Source: Chrysomallon squamiferum
Lineage: Eukaryota; Animalia; Mollusca
NCBI GenBank assembly: GCA_012295275.1
Contig: CM022676.1
Location: forward strand, 806,001-870,000
Reading direction: 5' to 3'
DNA: 64,000 bases
Below are positions 60,999 through 64,000 of the stretch, piece after piece; the first letter of the stretch is position 1; each line of letters starts with the position of its first letter. Both the position numbers and the translations under genes were made by a program. The notes beneath the pieces are model-generated. The model was not told the origin of the DNA. It did not search any database and worked only from the letters and a program-made list of their open reading frames with translations.

Positions 60999-63673
60999 AT
61001 AGATACACTCACAGACATATATATATACACACACACACATAAACATTTAACATTTTAATTAGTCAGTATAATTCATGCATAATGTTTTTTTAATCCACAT
61101 GCATGTAACATACACATAACACACATTAAACACACCTGCGTGCACACATACAGACAGAAAGACACAAACACACACACATACACACAAACACACACACATT
61201 AACACATGCAGACTATATATTTTGCATAAAAATATTTATACACACTTATAAGTTACATAATTCTTTTTAAGGAACAGAAGTAAGACATACTGCATGCTGC
61301 CTCGTCACTTCCATCACTGCAGTCGTCTTCACCATCACACACCCACGTCCTCTGTATACACTTGGAGTCACTGTGACACTTGAACTGCCAGGCAGGACAC
61401 GTAGTCAGTGTACAGTTCCTCTCGTCAGAGCCATCGCCACAGTCATCCACCCCGTTACACACACTATATGTGTCAACACACCTTCCATCAGCACAGCGGA
61501 AACTTCCAACACAAGTAGCTGAGGTGAGATCAAACAACAAACAATTACAACTAAAATAATACCAGTATAACAACAATTACAACTGAAGTGAAAGTAACAC
61601 CAGTTTAACAACACTTACAACTGAAATAATAGTAACACCAGTATAACAGCAATTACAACTGAAATGAAAGTAAAACAAACACAACAACAATTATAGTTAG
61701 AATTAGAATTAAAATAAGAATAACATTTTTTTATAATTTCTATTATTTTAAAATAAAGATATAAAAGTGAAACAAACCATTGTGTTCACAACCGACTTCA
61801 TCTGATCCATCATGGCAGTCATCAGCAAAGTCACACCTCCACGACTTGGGAATACATTTCTTATTCTGACATTCGAACTGATCAGCATCACATGGCTTGT
61901 ACACTACAACACAGAACATACTGTATTTAACACTGCAACACAAAATACACTGTATTTATTTTAGCATCACAAAATATACTGTATTTATTATTTGTCACAA
62001 AATATATGACTTCAGTAAGCACTAAATGTTTTATAAAACCAGTGATATACCATATTAAAGTTTACGTAACTCACCACACTTGTGTGACTTCAGTAAGCAA
62101 TGTGTATTTTACAGAACCAGTGATATACCATGTAACTCACCACAGTTGCGTTCATCATCCCCTTCAGGGCAGTCAAGATCACTGTCACATCGCCAGCGCA
62201 TTGGAATACAACTACCTTCACTGCATGTCATCTGGTCAGGGGGACACGTGGTGTATGCTACATATCAATTAAGAAATAATGACAACGTTGAAACTGCCAT
62301 GGTGAAAACAAGTAATTTCAAATGTACAATAATGAAAAAATTATAAAATGCAAATGACATGAAAAAGTTAGTAAGATTAACTGAAATGTTGTAAGGAGAT
62401 CTTATTTTATTTATCAAATCAATTAGTGAGACAAAAATCATAAAATTTGAACATTGACAAAAACAAAGTATCCATAAGTACTATAGAACAAACTAGCCTT
62501 GAAAAAGAAAAGTTTTGACAAAAAAGTACTTTACACCTTTCTAATACATGTGTAACTTACGACAATCCATTTCATCACTATGGTCAGGACAGTCATTGTC
62601 ACGGTCACACTGCCATGGAAACGGGATGCAGTGAAGGTGGTCAGCACACATAAATTGATCTTCAGAACATTTAGTACCTGAAACATTAAAATTACTCTGT
62701 TCTTTACAAGTAACAAAAAAACTAGGATCTTGCAAACAAACTTTTAATTTTGTCTTTCACTTATTTTGTACTACACTGAAACACTTGCTGTTTTGTACAA
62801 CTGAAATACTTGCTGTTTTGAACAAGACTGAAATATTTAGTTTTGTACAACATTGAAACACGAGATAGCAACACTTACTTTTAAGTATGAGATACAAACA
62901 CTTGTTGTTTTAGTATCAGATTGAAAATTTAAAGTTTTGTACATGATAAAAACATTTACTGTTTTGTACAAGATTGAGACACTTACTGTTTTGAACAAGT
63001 CTGAGACACTTACTGTTTTGAACAAGACTGAGATACTTAGTGTTTTGTACAAGATTGAGACACTTACTATTCTGTACAAGACTGAGACACTTACTGTTCT
63101 GTACAAGATTGAGACATTTACTGTTTTGTACAAGACTGAGACACTGTTCTGTACAAGATTGAGACACTTACTGTTCTGTACAAGATTGAGATACTTACTG
63201 TTTTGTACAAGATTGAGACACTTACTATTCTGTACAAGACTGAGACACTTACTGTTCTGTACAAGACTGAGACACTTACTGTTCTGTACAAGATTGAGAC
63301 ATTTACTGTTTTGTACAAGACTGAGACACTGTTCTGTACAAGATTGAGACACTTACTGTTCTGTACAAGATTGAGATACTTACTGTTTTGTACAAGACTG
63401 AGACACTGTTCTGTACAAGATTGAGACACTTACTGTTCTGTACAAGATTGAGATACTTACTGTTTTGTACAAGAATGCAATTTCCATTTTTATCCATTTT
63501 CTCATTGAAACTGTTACAGCGACACTGTTCATCACCCGATGACAGCTGTACATGCATGGGCACATTGTCAGCACATTTACATGTTCTGTTCGGCCGACCG
63601 TGACCAGACTGTGGAGGTTTGGGTAGACACAGCTGAGTGCAAGGATGGTTGCCACGGCTACATGCACTGCTCA
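46611..63673 (-). CDS. SORL1: Sortilin-related receptor SorLA (EGF, LDLa x10, FN3 x6, TM, tail); 5' part outside window
   Basis: Minus-strand exons: 63673-63461 (EGF); LDLa 62677-62561, 62257-62141, 61903-61778, 61518-61291 (two), 59234-59085, 58958-58818, 58565-58449, 57475-57335, 57083-56937; FN3 56480-56375, 56169-56006, 55385-55273, 54878-54741, 54572-54347, 53630-53529, 52938-52844, 52524-52329, 52187-52087, 51980-51800, 50838-50723, 47508-47346; TM 47122-46901; last 46672-46611. Diagnostic [15 protein letters not shown] motif and acidic tail [20 protein letters not shown]. Confidence 0.96.
47481..50540 (-). repeat. 39/42-bp minisatellite (about 75 copies) made of a SORL1 acceptor plus exon start
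   Basis: Minus-strand unit tgtatatttag|GGCTATCTGGTGTATGTGATGAGTAATG; the last copy continues into exon 47508-47346 ([16 protein letters not shown]). Confidence 0.96.
50960..51790. repeat. Compound about 26-30-bp intronic minisatellite
   Basis: CACTGTTATAGTGTAACACTGTCTAGT(G/A)AA units switch at about 51525 to CTGTTATGTTAAATGTGACTAGTGAA; abuts the SORL1 donor at 51799. Confidence 0.95.
57770..58420. repeat. About 22-bp intronic minisatellite
   Basis: Unit AGT(G/T)AGATGTTTTAATGTG(T/C)AG; begins about 30 nt from the donor at 58448. Confidence 0.95.
62775..63475 (-). repeat. 27-bp (some 23-bp) minisatellite made of a SORL1 exon end plus splice donor
   Basis: Minus-strand unit CTTGTACA(A/G)AACA|GTAAGT(A/G)TCTCA(A/G)T; the first copy is the end of exon 63673-63461. 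Degenerate copies also occur at 63770-63882. Confidence 0.95.
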
Positions 63674-64000
63674 CTAAAATGTATTAACATCAATCCAAAT
63701 ACAGTCTAAGATTAATTAATGCTCTGCTAAAGCTGCAGATGGAGAAAGCCACATATATCCATACCATGCTGTTTTGTACGATAGAAACACTTACTGTTTT
63801 GTATAACATAGAAATATTTACTTTTATGTACAAGATAGAAACATTTACTGTTTTGTATGAGATAGAAACACTTACTTTTTTGAATATTTGCAAACAATAT
63901 TCACTTAGTCTACAATTATATAATTAAAACAAAAAATGTGTATATATTTTAACTAATTATGCTGCTGTGATAAGTAAATACTCTGCTGTGATATTTTAAC

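Noticed and set aside
60641-61036. 131-aa minus-strand ORF in a SORL1 intron
   Set aside because: Starts in a microsatellite and has no recognisable domain or LDLa cysteine pattern.
62837-63429. Several overlapping repetitive ORFs on both strands
   Set aside because: Products of the stop-poor 27-bp array.

Overview
AT-rich, intron-rich animal genomic DNA, probably a lophotrochozoan or mollusc (inferred from gene style only). It holds three spliced genes. (1) A 5'-truncated ABCC1/MRP1-like transporter on + (27 traced exons, 9..18113, all in frame). (2) A two-Ig-domain single-pass receptor on + (24115..35461/39139) with two apparent alternative last exons, one carrying ITIM+ITSM and one a PDZ-type C-terminus; its ectodomain exons carry an in-frame TAA and a 1-nt frameshift. 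(3) A 5'-truncated SORL1/SorLA on - (46611..63673). Also present: an Academ-like transposon remnant, a TA-flanked MITE and many minisatellites. The most striking pattern is that at least seven tandem duplications are built from a real splice site plus the adjacent exon end. Conserved exons are therefore flanked by 1 to about 75 decoy acceptors or donors. All exon coordinates were traced by hand without transcript data.
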